Below, piece after piece: positions 1 to 12,294 of a stretch of DNA of 64,000 bases. The position numbers and the translations under genes are program-made. This stretch comes from Entomortierella parvispora E1425 (lineage: Eukaryota; Fungi; Mortierellomycota). The stretch lies in assembly GCA_020891255.1 (NCBI GenBank), contig BQFW01000001.1, positions 1,798,001 to 1,862,000 on the forward strand, in the 5' to 3' direction. A model generated the notes under the pieces. The model was given only the letters and a program-made list of their open reading frames with translations, was not told the origin of the DNA and made no database searches. Positions within the stretch are counted from its first letter, which is position 1. Each line of letters opens with the position of its first letter.

Positions 1-1614
1 CTATCCCTCATGAATCGCAGAAAGCTATTCATAAAGTGGAGTAGTGTTTAGAAAGGGATCTTCGGCATGGTACGCTTTCTCTCTGCATAGCAATATGATA
101 CCATACCCTTGCTTAGTCTCTGTCTGACTTGAGCTTCCTCCTTCCGGGACCACAGGCAATGATGAGGCGCTTGACCTGATGAGGGACGGATTGATGACAT
201 TCGTTCAGAAAAGAAAAGAAAAGAAAAGAAAAAAAAAGAAAAAAAAAAAAAAAAGAGTGACAATTTGAGATATCTTACCTTGCGGTTGGTTTGGTCCGCT
301 TGTTCCTGTTTGAGAAATCGCATAGGGGAGAAAACAAGTCAGTACTGCTGTCCTTGAGTGCCTTTCAATAGGACAAACGCTTGACACTTACCTATATCGA
401 AGCTTGGAGACTTCATTCACGATATGCAGCATCAAGTGGTCGACGAGCTTTGCCGCATTATCCTCCAATATGATGCCGGTGTCTGTATCCTCCTTATTGT
501 CGACGAAGATATCCACGCTGTTCTCAAAGACAGCCTGATCGATCGAATTCTGAGAGCAGAACTTCTTGACGTAGTCGACTGCCTTTGGCATGTCTGGCAT
601 TTCGTCCATGTCGCGGATGGTATCCACAATCTTGGTAAGGCTTAGGCCGGGGACCTTTCGATCGTAATCATTCTCTGCCAGAACTGCCACAGCTTGCCAC
701 TGTTCATAAGACAGCTCAAGACTCCCGAGAATGGCCCCGATATCATATTTGTAATACCGGCCGCCTTGAGGACTCTTGCGCAACACGTATGAAGCTCCGT
801 GGAAAACATTGTCGCTATCAGCCGACGCGACCACCGTGTCTTCCTGCTCTTCTTCAGCATGCCTACTGATGCAGACATCAGCCTCCCCTGGGCAGGCGTG
901 TACCTTCCATCCCTTTGAGCCGAGTTGATTGCCAAGTGTGTGCCAGTCCTTATGAGTGATTGCCTTTGTATTTATCCACGCCTTGAGCAGTGGGCCGCGA
1001 ATCCTCTTCACTAACCGAAGTAGTTGGTTCTTTGTTGGCTTGGCCTTTCCGGCTGCAGTTTTCAGGGACACTTGCGATTGCAGATGGGCAAGATGGGACA
1101 AAACGGATGATGCCTTGTGGACAAACGCTGCAATCGCTCCGATTCGAGAACGATCTCTTTTCTGGCGGGCGTATGTCTTTTGGATGGATCTGGCGCCGTC
1201 AAAGTGGAGTATTCCTTGGTCTTTAGAAAACTTTTTCGACAGTGTTTTGTCGATCGCCGCCGAGATGTCGATCTCAAATAATGCCGAGGGGACTGGAGGG
1301 AGCGTAGACTCGGAGCCGATCAGTGATAAAAACTCCGTGTTGCTCTTGATGGCATCAGTCTCAAGAGGAGGGACTTTGGTCAAAAAAAGAGAGATCTCAA
1401 CGGGAAGCATGTAGGGCGCCTCGAGGTTGGCCGAGGAGTTCATGTGATTTTTCATTTCCGCAAAGATCTTGTTGCAGCGGATGCTTCTCGCAAGCGCAAA
1501 CAAGATAGCAGGAATGTCGATGTGGACTCTCGGGAAAACATCTTTTGGCACAACTTCGGGATACTCCAGGCCTTCGATGTTGGCCAAATACGGCCAGGTG
1601 CTGGCCACGCCCAT
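1..1614 (-). CDS. XPG/FEN1/Exo1-like (PIN-fold) structure-specific nuclease domain protein; 3' part runs off the left edge of the window
   Basis: ORF 388-1614 shows the XPG-family motif order: MGVASTW N-terminus, VHID, HFDG..K..R..R, CPGEAD, SADSD..FHG, and H3TH-like AENDY...PGLS. The apparent stop at 388 lies inside a GTAAGT donor (intron starts 391). In-frame exons follow at 305-279, 175-107 and probably 24-1. Confidence 0.8.
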
Positions 1615-2105
1615 CTATCACACCAAAGACGATTACACAGCTTTAGTTAGATGGATATGTACTACGCTGACTACAGTTCACTCTCCTGATGGATCTAAGA
1701 GTCCGACTCAAAGAGGACAGCGGAAGTTTGCGCTCTTTTCGCTGTGCATATGCCAAAAGCCTTGTCTCGAAAAGATACACTGTTTTTGTCCATAGAGCGT
1801 GATCCTTACAGTCGGTGACGGCAAGCTCTGAGTGTCCAAGGGCGGTGATAGATGATGATGAGTGCAGAAAAGTAGTAGTTTGTAATATTCAGTGAATAAA
1901 GCAGGGATGGTGAGAAAGGAAAGGCGCGGGGAAAGTAAAGGAGCAAGAAAGGACGAGTGGATGATCGATAGCCGATGGTTCAGGCCATCAGATTTCCCAA
2001 AAAAACCTAGGATAATTTTTATTAATGATGCCCCTCGCAGTTGCACCCTACAAACACAATAACACTAATATATTATACATAATGAACTCCATAAAACGAA
2101 ATTAT

Positions 2106-3014
2106 TCATTTCGAGAAGTTCGTCTGTAGAAGAATTTTCAGGTCTGATTTGAGAATCCAAGGTGCATTTGAGGACTCTGTGAATTCATAGCAGTGATTCA
2201 CGAACTGCGACATTGTTGGTGGAAGTGGCGTCTTTGCTTCCAGCGCAATGAATTGGTCTTGAATCAATTGCTTTGTCTTCGTGTCGGAGAAGAGTACTTC
2301 TGTGCAGGCGTATAATGCTACTTGTTCAGAACATATAGACCTGTTGTTTCGAATGGCGTTGGGAGCAACTGTTGTGCAGAAGACATGGATTAACTTATCT
2401 ATGAATTCACCATAGTCGTCAGCGCTCTCCAGCTCTTCCAATAAGTGGTAAGCAGTTGTTAATCCTCCCGCGTCATCTTTGTTATCTCCAAATCTGTGCA
2501 CAAACGGAATAGACGTTTCCTTAAAGCCATATCTCTGATGTCTGTTCTCCTTCCGATCGGGATTATTGGTGACAGACGTTGATTTCAAGTACGGACTGAG
2601 AAGAGTCACTTCGTAATAGAGATGAGGAGGAATACATCCATGAGGCTCCGACATCTCGGGCGGAAAACTACCCCAGGCATGTGGCGTTCCTGAGAGAAAC
2701 ATATGAGAATCGGCGGCCTTTCCACTCCTAATGATAGTAGCGCCATCCGACATTATAAGCGTGTCTTTTTCAGGATGGAAGACGGCCCAGAAGCGCTTCG
2801 GTTGATCGGTACGATTGTGTTGGTGGTAAGGGTGACTTTGGTGGCAACTTGGTCCAATTTTCTCCCTGTGAGAATGATTGGGATCTTGCGTGCCCAATGA
2901 ATCATGGCCAGTAAATGACAGCAAATCGCATGGCTCATGGCCATAGAGGAAGTAAGCTGTACCCTCAAGAAGCCTTCTTGTGCTGCCTATGGTTGGTCCT
3001 GTGCTTGTGGTCAT
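2106..3014 (-). CDS. Hypothetical protein, intronless, ~302 aa from the ATG at 3014
   Basis: Long stop-free ORF with globular-looking composition; no family recognised. The upstream ATG at 3083 gives a less plausible N-terminus. Confidence 0.55.
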   Translation of the reverse strand: MTTSTGPTIGSTRRLLEGTAYFLYGHEPCDLLSFTGHDSLGTQDPNHSHREKIGPSCHQSHPYHQHNRTDQPKRFWAVFHPEKDTLIMSDGATIIRSGKAADSHMFLSGTPHAWGSFPPEMSEPHGCIPPHLYYEVTLLSPYLKSTSVTNNPDRKENRHQRYGFKETSIPFVHRFGDNKDDAGGLTTAYHLLEELESADDYGEFIDKLIHVFCTTVAPNAIRNNRSICSEQVALYACTEVLFSDTKTKQLIQDQFIALEAKTPLPPTMSQFVNHCYEFTESSNAPWILKSDLKILLQTNFSK

Positions 3015-3448
3015 TCCTGCTGTCCTCTTGGTTTGGTGAAAGACACACAAGAAGGCGAGTCGGCCCTTTTTTTTTGCCGCCAAAGTGGCCAGTCCATTAT
3101 TTCCAGGCAGAATTGAACGCTATTTCCAGGCACTGATTTGCATTGTCCGTTCGTTCGTTGGGCCCATTCCATGCATTCCGCCAGACGGGCAGACAGCCAG
3201 GACAGAGACGGACCAAAAAAAAAGGACGACTTTCCTTGGCTTCCAACCGACCGACTGACCGACCGACCAACTGCCCCCCTCCTGTGCTCTCTCCTATCTC
3301 CTTTACTCGCCATCATTAGGCGCACTCCATGCCAGGACTGACCCTCTCAACCAGCCTTTAATTCCACAGGAGAACGCCCCAGTCCCTACCTTCGTGTTTC
3401 TTTTTATCCTTGTCTTGGCCGTCAGGACAATTGATTGAGCAAGACGCA

Positions 3449-6400
3449 ATGAGTGCTCAGAGCGATTCGGCGATGCTGCAGTCCTCGGCGGAGCTACCCT
3501 CGGAAATATCACCTCATATACTCCCAGTCGCGGAACGGCCGGCGTCCTGGACATCCTCACAGGGAGACGAAACGGAGGAGGTGGAGCATTTACAAATGCT
3601 GGACGAAGGCGACGACGACGAGGAAGAGGAAGAGGACGATGAAGAAGACGATGAAGACGATGACGATGACGACGATGATGACGATGAGGATGAAGACCAC
3701 GACATGCAAGACTCAGACCCAGATACCACCGACAACTTTGACCAAGATGTCGAAGACCATGTAAATTGTCACGACCGTCGCCCTCCAATGCTCGGGGTCA
3801 ATGAGAAGAATATACTAATGAACCGTTCATTACTCTCATCATTCATGCACAGGAGGAGGATGACTTGGAAACAAAGGTATGCAGAAATATGCCTTTGCGA
3901 GAGTCACGCATTGGACCATGGGCACCTCTGGCCTTGAGTGATCATGAAATCTAACTTTGCCCCTCACTTTAATGTTTGTCTGTCGCATAGATGGACGAAC
4001 TATATCATCAACTACAAGTGGAAACCAAAGCAAAGGAGTCGGCGGAAAGTTTATTGGAGGTACTTCATTTGACACCGTAGCCATCGCTGGACTCATGGGG
4101 GTAGCATTATCTAACGACATTCTTATTCGTAGGTCTACAGGAGTAAGGACGTTGGCAACACAGGAAACAACAAACTGAGAAATCAGGTCGAACATGAGCT
4201 TCAGGCAACTATAGAGCGGATTGTAGAGATCAATGCTCAATTGGATTACTACAAGCAACGCGCTTTCGACCCCCCATCATTTGGTATGTTTGCGACGCCG
4301 TTTTCAAACGTCATGAATCTTCAGTGCTGCGCTGACTCTTTAATACTTTGACTGTGCAGGTTTTCCTTCTGAGAGCGTCTTGAAAGAGTCAAGTCAATCG
4401 TTTCCAGTGTCAACAGGAAGAAGTCACTCCAATTCGTTTTCGACTAGTGACTTTGCTGACAACGAAGATGGTGAGCACAAGCAAAACAGGGATGTTGAAC
4501 AAGTGCAAGAGTTAGCAACTGATGTACCGCCCTTCCTGTATTCGTTAAACCAGATCGTCAAAGCATACACTCTGCGCTTGGAGATATCATGGCTTCTCTT
4601 CGAAGCTTGCTGGATGCGCCATCGGTCAGGCTAGAGCACCTTTCAAGGCTAGTGAATATCTTGAAGCAAAACCCACATGCTCATCCTGGCTACCCCTTGC
4701 ATGAACTCGTCCAATGGTATGTTGTTTTATCTCGCGAATGGCTGATGAAGGCTGCGAATCTCGCCTACTAATCGAAAATATATTTTAGCCTACGGTTCTG
4801 TCTCGCCAGCACTGTCCGAGAGATTCGACTGAACGCTTTCAGATGCCTTCGACTGCTTTCCGCTACGGGTCCTCTCGGCCCCGTTTTGTCTGTGTACAAG
4901 ATCGACCTTTTTATTATTAGGTAATTTTCTTTCTATGTATTTTTTTTTCTAGTTGATCCCATCTCTGGCGGAATACTGACCAAAAGTTGGATTAATATCA
5001 TGCTCTAGATCACTCATGGCAGACCATCGGTTAGAATCAGAGAGGATTGAGGCGCTCAAGCTTGTACGATGCTTCATCACCACCAAAGAAGGCATGCGAC
5101 AGGTATCTGATGGAGTACTGAGGGCCGTTATTGCGATTGCGGAACAGTCAGACGAAAGATTACGAAATGCCTGCTTGGAGACATTGGGCGAGATGGGTAT
5201 GCGGACTTGGCCAGGATTTCCTTCGCAAAAGCTATATTTCTAGCTGAGTTACTCACATGCTTTTCTGCTTCACTTTAGCTATGGCGGATCCAAAGCCTGT
5301 AGCGCGATGTGGAGGGTTCAGAGCGATTTTAGTGGCCCTATCAGACAATCTTCAGGATTTGGCGGATGCACTACTCAAAGTGTTCTTATACATGCTCGAG
5401 AGCCCGGAGACTAGATGCTACGTTAGGCAGGGGTTGGATTCAGAGGTAGGTTAATGGGATCTTAGTCCACATGAATACCAGAAGAGGCCTTATAATTAAT
5501 CGCTAACCCCTATCCCTTTGTAATAGATGGTCATGGCAGTGTTCACAGACATTTATTCTCTCGGCCCTTCTTATTTGGACAGAGTGAAAGCGTCAGGTCG
5601 GATAGTAACGTCGATGGTTCGGTCATGGGCCGGCTTGATTGATCTTTGCGCTAACGACAAACGGGCTGTTCGATCCTTGGTACAGTCGATCAAGCTACCA
5701 ATCCAAGAAAACAGGGTACGCGGCAGCGCTATAAAATGGAACTTTGACAATATGACGGTTGACTAAATCACACGACATCTGTCTTTGCCCTCTCTAGAGA
5801 GTTCTCCTCGATATGTTGTACGAGATCTTTCGTATTCAGACTCCTAGGTGGCTCAAAGTATTTCTGGACGGAAAAACGGGTACGGGGATTTCGTCCCTTC
5901 AAGGAAATGACATCATGGATTTCTAGAGTACTCATAGGAACACTTTCCCTTTATAGTGAAACCAACACAGGAGGACCTCGACAGCTACTGGAGTTCAAAT
6001 CTTCAACCATTAGGCCTAGTCGATCATCATCAAAGCGTTGTACTAACTGTATTTATAGACGCCGGGTTGCTGGAGGTGAGTCTAGTGAACTGGATAAAAA
6101 ACATACTTGACCACTGCACAAACGCTTACTGTAAATGAAACTGACCCTGCTCCTTTATGATATAGTCTCTAATATGGTTAATTGTTGAGAACGGCGAACA
6201 ACCAAAGATGGGAGACCTTGATTCAAAGGTCCTGAGGAAGGCAACACTCTTGGTGCCAGAACTAATGCAGCTGGCTCACAAAGTACTGCCAGCATCCAAG
6301 AGCATCCATGTACAGTCGTTACCTTTACTCTTTGAGGTTGCGTCTAATTTCCAGGATCAGGTCCTCCGTCATATTGCAACGAGCGCTTTCCGATTCATCG

Positions 6401-9400
6401 ATACCCTGAGTCGAACGACAACGGGAACTCTTCCTGAAAGGTAAGCAGACTCTAGCGATAACTACACTCAAGGTTTTCCGTTGTATCTAACCTTCTCTCC
6501 CTTTGCTACAGGCCACTTGATGGATGGGGTCAAAGAAATCTCGACCGAATCAAACTTCGCATTGGTACCCAGATGGACGAAGTCAACTTTCGGTCACTGT
6601 TGAATGACACTCAGGTACAACGCCAGTTTGTCCAGTTCCTCATGTTTAATAGCGTTCTTTGTGGCTAATGTCACATCTCCCATTTTCTACTGATAGGTTC
6701 TCAACACGAAAGACGCATCGAAATGGAAATGGAATTCCATATTGGAAATCATCCAGGGTCCAATGCTTAGCCCACGTCGAGTAGATGAAGCTGTCAGAGG
6801 CACCAAATTTACGAAGCGCATCCTTGCCTTCTATCGCCCACTGAACCAGCGCTATTCGAATCAACCCTCGAATGAAGTGAGTCATTTGATGTCGCTTGTC
6901 ATGGAGATAGCATATCAAGTACCTCGTATTAACTTTTTTTGTTGTCATGACTCAAAGCCGAATCAAATGTATACGAAGATTGGGTGTGCTCTCTTTGAAA
7001 CACTGGCAAGCACAGGAGAGGGATCAAAGTATCTGTCCCAGAACAAGATTTTACGACTTATTGCAGATGGGCTCGCCCAGTTAGACCCCGTACGTATTAA
7101 CATCTTAAAATGTCGCACAGTGCATGATCATGGAAGACTGACAGTTGGTTTTGCTTCCCTAATAGATGCGTGGCCTTCCAGGATCAGATCCTATTTTCTC
7201 GCGAGAAAGAATGGAAACAACTCTTACATCCGGATACTTTGAGATGCTCGGGACGCTGTGCAAGTCTCGGAGTGGATCAAGGTAAATCTTTGCGACCGGC
7301 TCTAGGTTGAATCGTATGGCCTGTGCTCTCTAACACAAACATTCGAATTTCTAGGCTGCTGGAGAAGTTCAAAATTTTCAATCTGTACTATCGTTTGAGT
7401 GAGCTCAGGAGTCGCGATGACATTGTGAAAAAGATTATTACCTCCATGGACTACAGTCTGTAAGTGTTTTTACCGTGGCCTTCTTTTTTGGCCACCATGC
7501 TGTGATTAATTAATTTCATCCCTTCATCATCTACTAGGGATGGCCATCCACGTGTGATCTTGTCAAAGGTCATGACCTCTGGTTACAAGCACATTCGGTT
7601 ATTCGCCACCCAACACCTTGGGACAATTCTCAAAAACGAAAAAACAGATTCCAATGACTGGGCAATCCAATTGCTCTGCACTCAGGTATGTGACATCAAA
7701 CGTGTTCAGAAAATATTCAAATCAAGATTTGGATACTGGATTAACCCACTTTTGTATGCTTTTGTTGTTTTCTTTTGTTGTTCAGCTTTGCGATCCCTCT
7801 ACAGATGTATCTCATATGGCAGTCAGAACACTAGACGAAGCTTGCTCGTGTCGGGAGAACCTTGATACTTTGATTCGACTGCGTCCAAGTTTGGATCATC
7901 TCGGGGAGGCTGGCAACCCTTTGATGTTCCGATTCCTCTCAACGTCAATGGGATTCCAGCATTTGAGTGACATGTCGTACATCGAAGGAGAGATGGATGA
8001 TTGGTTCATGGTAAGGGCAGCTGGTATGTGTTTTGGAGTAAGATCACGATGTATCCAATTGATTTAACACAGTCTTTTTTTTTTTGTTGTGTATTAAGTT
8101 CGGCAATCGCCAGTACATGATCAACACGGAGGTGAAGTTGGCGAAAGCGATGGAACTCCAGCGCTTTAATCCATTCGCAGAAGATGGCAAGTTTGAGAAC
8201 GAAGCAGAACTTCAACTGGCGTAAGTGGAGAAGGAATGAATCGACTCAAATGGCAACAGAGTTCGATTGGGATCGTAGTCTTATAACATTTGTTGTTGCC
8301 TCTACAGAAACGCAAAGCTCGTCTTGAGCGCACATTTTTACGGAGAGCTGACTAGGACGGAAGAAGGCTGCGAGCTTCTGCGGAAAAAGGAACATTTCTC
8401 GGAATACGCTCGCTATATCCGTGAACATTGTGCTGAAAGCAAGGACTCTGCTATCATTGCTGAATTGAAATCCGTCTTATGGGCAGTGGTAAGTTCTCCT
8501 TCGCGTGAGGAATGACTTTTTGAGGCGAAACAAGGTCACAGTCTAAACGTCATTTTTGCTGTGAAATAGGGTAATATTGGATCCACAGTAGGCGGTCTGC
8601 CGTTCCTGGAAGAGGAAGCCTTGATCAAATACATTGTCGGCATGGCAGAGCGCTCGAAGGTTCTTTCATTGAAGGGGTATGCAACCGATAATGGGTGGCA
8701 ATACACTCTGAGCCATGATCAAACTGACTTATGACATTTTTGATTTATAGAACTTGCTTTTATGTTCTTGGGCTGCTTTGCAAAACAACCCAGGGCATGG
8801 AAATCTTGGAAGACTATGGGTGGCAAGGAATATTGCATCTCGATAAAACACCGCGTGGACTGTGCTTACCGAGAGACTTGAACAAATTTTTGGAGGTATT
8901 TTTTCCTCTTTTTTTTTTTTTTTGCTTTACTCTATACCAGGAAAACCAGCAGGAGGAAGCATGTCTAAACACACACACACATTGTTCTCCTTAGATGCCA
9001 AAGTGGAATTATTACAGAGAGACCGTTCCCCCTCTTGTTCTACCGCTTGCCACAGAGGGAAATGCCATCGAAAAGGACATTTTGAAGATGACAGGGGAAC
9101 TTGGGAACCATATTTTGACCAATGGAGCCTCCAAGTCGTTGGCCAAGATCAAGCAGGAACATCCAGCGTACTTCATGAGCCTTAACCTGTACAACGCTGT
9201 TTTGGAGCTGCTTGGGTACTATCACTACAGGCTGCCTGTCCGGCGATTCATATTGGGCCTTTTTGATGTCAAATTCGAAGGCGCAATGTGGGACAAATTG
9301 GACTCGGATGTACCTCCATACTCTATTACATTGCCAACGTAAGAATGACAAGTTGTATTTATTCGTTGACCTGCTGGAAACTCTCATCTAATCTCGGACA

Positions 9401-11127
9401 TCCTGTATATTGATAGATACGAAAGCCAAGAAACAGCACGAGAAGTTGAAGTAGTGGTGGAAGACGAGTCTGTTCGACCCTTGATCCCTTCACCGGTATC
9501 GTTTGCAGATATAGGTTCTAGTCCAAGTAGAGAGCAAGGGCGCGTGGAACAGAACTTGGATCCGTCCAATAGGCCAGGGCCTCTGCTCTCTTCTGACTCC
9601 TCCATGAGCATCTCGCAGCCACCTATCCCTCCTCCAAGGCCAAATCCGCACGCCTACGAAATTCTTTATACCAACAAGCCTTACCACAAGAATTTCGCAA
9701 AGGAAGCAGGCTTATCGCCTCTTCCGCCAAGAGTTCGCGCTGCAACCCCAGTTCTGAGCGATAGCGATGCCTCTAGTTCCAGCTCATCATCTGATGGCTC
9801 TGTTCACACTGCAGAGGATATCTCTGTAACGGCCTCTCCGGCACCAGGATCCAGTCGTGCGAAAAGGGTCGTCGTCGGGTTTAATCCACCTCCGGCCCCT
9901 AAACCCGTCCCCAACTTTGCTGCCTTTGTAAGCTCCAGGCCCCGTCGGCAATACAATACAGCCATCCTTGCTGCTCATTCGTCTTCAACATTATCAACGC
10001 CACAAACTTCGAACCAGAGTTTGACTTTGCCAGTGATTCCACAGCTCGGAGGCACAGGAGTAGGCAATGGCACAGGCAATCCCCCACCGACTTCATCATC
10101 AACTTCAGTGTCGGACTCGCGACCAGCATTGCCAGATTTCTCGCATTTGCCGCAGACTCATCGCAGACGACCTCCCCTGGCACCAATTTTCGCCATGAAA
10201 ACTGAAGGTTCCACCGGAGGTGCGTTACAAGACCCTGCTCTCAATAGCATCCAGATGGTCCATCCCGCAAGTCGACCATCTGGTGAATTTACCATCCGAA
10301 GCGTGGCAGCCGAAGACGATCAGGATAACGACATCTCATTGACCACACCTCTGAATCTGTCTCCAAAACCCGAAAGTGGGCATATGTATGACTCTTCGTC
10401 GGGCTCTGCAAGATCTATGACTGCCCCACGACCAGTAGCACCCCCATCACCGCATGTTGCACGTTTGGTCCAGTTCTCAGAGGACGCGCCTATGATTATC
10501 CCTCCAATCCGTCAGAGCAGTACTCCAGGGATCCCAGTGAAACCTGCTGAATCTGATGTCCTGTCGCCGACGATGCTCCCTCCTCCGCCTCCGCTCGTCC
10601 CAGTGAGCAGGATCAAAAACAGGCGATGGAGCGGGGACTCTGAGGCGAGAGAGCAATCTGAACCATCTCTAGGAATAACCCGTCGCGGTTTCCGGCAAGC
10701 GTCGAACCCTGTCACAATGCCATCCTCTGGAATTGACCTCTCGACTTTGATGCCTCCCCCGATGATGGCTAGAAATCTGTCTGCTATTCCACCTCCCTCT
10801 CGGTCCTCACCGCGAATTGTTCAGGAGCAACAGTTTACCACTAACGGGGCCAACGTGTCCTTCCCTCCGCCTCCTCCGCCTCTGCTGAACGTGACGAATT
10901 CCTTTCAGAGAATGTCCCCCCTCGCTAACCTTCAGCCTCCAGCTGGCCCAAGTCCAGACTCTGCTTTGACCTCGTTTGCGCCTTCATCGCCATTGGGATT
11001 GTCGCTTCACCCTGAAGATCCATCACCCGGCGAGGGTCTTGGAGAAAATGGGACGCCGCAAATTCGATCCCTACCTGGATCAGAAGAGGCAACTAAGAAA
11101 CCGGCCATTGGATTGGGCTTGATGTAA
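3449..11127 (+). CDS. RICTOR: TORC2 subunit Rictor/Avo3/Ste20, multi-exon (about 22 introns) with a long Pro/Ser-rich C-terminal exon
   Basis: Acidic N-terminus and HR1-like segment (LRNQVEHELQATIERI). Rictor_N (DHRLESERIEALKLVRCF), Rictor_M, HFYGELTRTEEGC, LKSVLWAVGNIGS and TCFYVLGLL motifs. The intron 9339-9416 (GTAAGA...TGATAG) joins the 9454-11127 ORF in frame. Confidence 0.92.
3610..3695 (+). repeat. GAC/GAT/GAA trinucleotide-rich tract coding poly-Asp/Glu in the Rictor N-terminus
   Basis: Directly visible; translates to GDDDDEEEEEDDEEDDEDDDDDDDDDDEDED. Confidence 0.8.
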
Positions 11128-11950
11128 CCTGCTATCCAATAAATCTCAAAAAAAAAAAAAAGGGCGAAAGGTTCATGTTCATGTGCTTTTCTTTTGACTT
11201 TTCAGCCTGCTTAACTCTACATGATGGTCTTCTGAATACTACGTGCTGATTATCGCATGCGTCGAAGCGAGTAAGAATACAGAGCGGATCAGAAGGTCCC
11301 GATCTGCTTCAAGAACAAGGAGACGCTTCTACAATCGAGACTAACCTGTTTTCAGATCAACATAGTGGTCGTCGACATACGAGACACAATTCGCTGCTGG
11401 CGACAACACGAGAAGGGCCAAGTAACTCAATGCACTCACTTGATCACTGCATCCTCAAAGAGCTCGAGTTTGAGATTGCGTGTTGGAAGCAGTTTCCCAA
11501 ACCTCAGCTTTACGCGACGGACTGGAGATACCACCGACAACCATATCCCCTTCAAACCTAACAACCGAACACTAGCCCCAGCCCTACATTATACGCTTGC
11601 TCTAGAATCCAGTCAGGCCTCGCTTTTTTCTCCTTGGATTCTGATTCTGGCAGCAATTGAGCAGAACAAAGGCTGGATTTGCATGCAAATGCAATAAAGT
11701 GCCGTGGATGGTCTAGCGCAGTCTGTCTGTGTTCTGCTGCTGATCCTCAACTGGAAGCGATACTCGATTATCCACGCGTGTGCCTACAAGCCTATTATTA
11801 AGGGCAAAAAGACTGGCTGAAGGAGCTGACACGGGCCGACCTATTTGATAAGCAAGTTGCCCAGGTTGTCAAAAAAAAAAAAAAAAAGATGATCCTGCAG
11901 ACATGTTGCAAGATCCAGGACTCAGGAGCTTCATGAGCAGTGGCAAAAAG

Positions 11951-12024
11951 TGTTTGTACTCGGACTTGAACCGAGGACCGTCTGTGTGTTAGACAGACGT
12001 GATAACCAACTACACCATACAAAC
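11951..12024 (-). tRNA. tRNA-Val (AAC)
   Basis: Reverse complement GTTTGTATGGTGTAGTTGGTTATCACGTCTGTCTAACACACAGACGGTCCTCGGTTCAAGTCCGAGTACAAACA folds as a cloverleaf with GGTTCAA T-loop and anticodon AAC. A T5 terminator follows (11945-11949). Confidence 0.95.
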
Positions 12025-12135
12025 GATTGAACTCAGATGATTAGCCCAGGTTTGGGATCTACTAAAACCGGAGAATTCAAACAAAGTGCACGTGATAAAA
12101 CCGCCACCAATATTTGTCGGCAGTTGCAAATTAGA

Positions 12136-12143
12136 TATAAATA
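12136..12143 (+). promoter_or_regulatory. TATA element (TATAAATA) upstream of tRNA-Tyr, between the divergent tRNA pair
   Basis: Lies 33-40 nt upstream of the mature tRNA-Tyr 5' end, where TFIIIB/TBP is expected to bind. Confidence 0.45.
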
Positions 12144-12175
12144 GGACCAGGCTTGAAACTTGACATCAGCAACAT

Positions 12176-12258
12176 CCGAAAATAGCTCAGTTGGTAGAGC
12201 GGGAGACTGTAGTTTGTCTGTTATCTCTAGGTCCCTGGTTCAAATCCGGGTTTTCGGA
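12176..12258 (+). tRNA. tRNA-Tyr (GTA) with a ~10-nt intron
   Basis: Acceptor stem CCGAAAA/TTTTCGG and A-box TAGCTCAGTTGG. Anticodon GTA at 12209-12211, intron ~12213-12222 at the canonical 37/38 position, B-box GGTTCAAATCC. Confidence 0.95.
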
Positions 12259-12264
12259 TTCATT

Positions 12265-12292
12265 CCGCATCCGTTGGATGCGGTTCTTTTTT
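12265..12292 (+). terminator. tRNA-Tyr 3' trailer: perfect 8-bp hairpin followed by a T6 Pol III terminator-like tract
   Basis: CCGCATCC-GTT-GGATGCGG (12265-12283), then TTCTTTTTT; this is the first run of 4 or more T after the gene. Confidence 0.7.
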
Positions 12293-12294
12293 GT
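12286..12294. repeat. Left 9-bp target-site duplication of the MULE (CTTTTTTGT)
   Basis: Identical 9-mer at 21909-21917, immediately outside the right TIR. Confidence 0.95.

Noticed and set aside
3514-3735. Poly-Ser ORF on the minus strand
   Set aside because: It is the antisense reading of the Rictor acidic repeat.
9454-11127. Stand-alone 557-aa proline-rich gene
   Set aside because: It begins at GTG, and an upstream GT-AG intron joins it in frame to Rictor.
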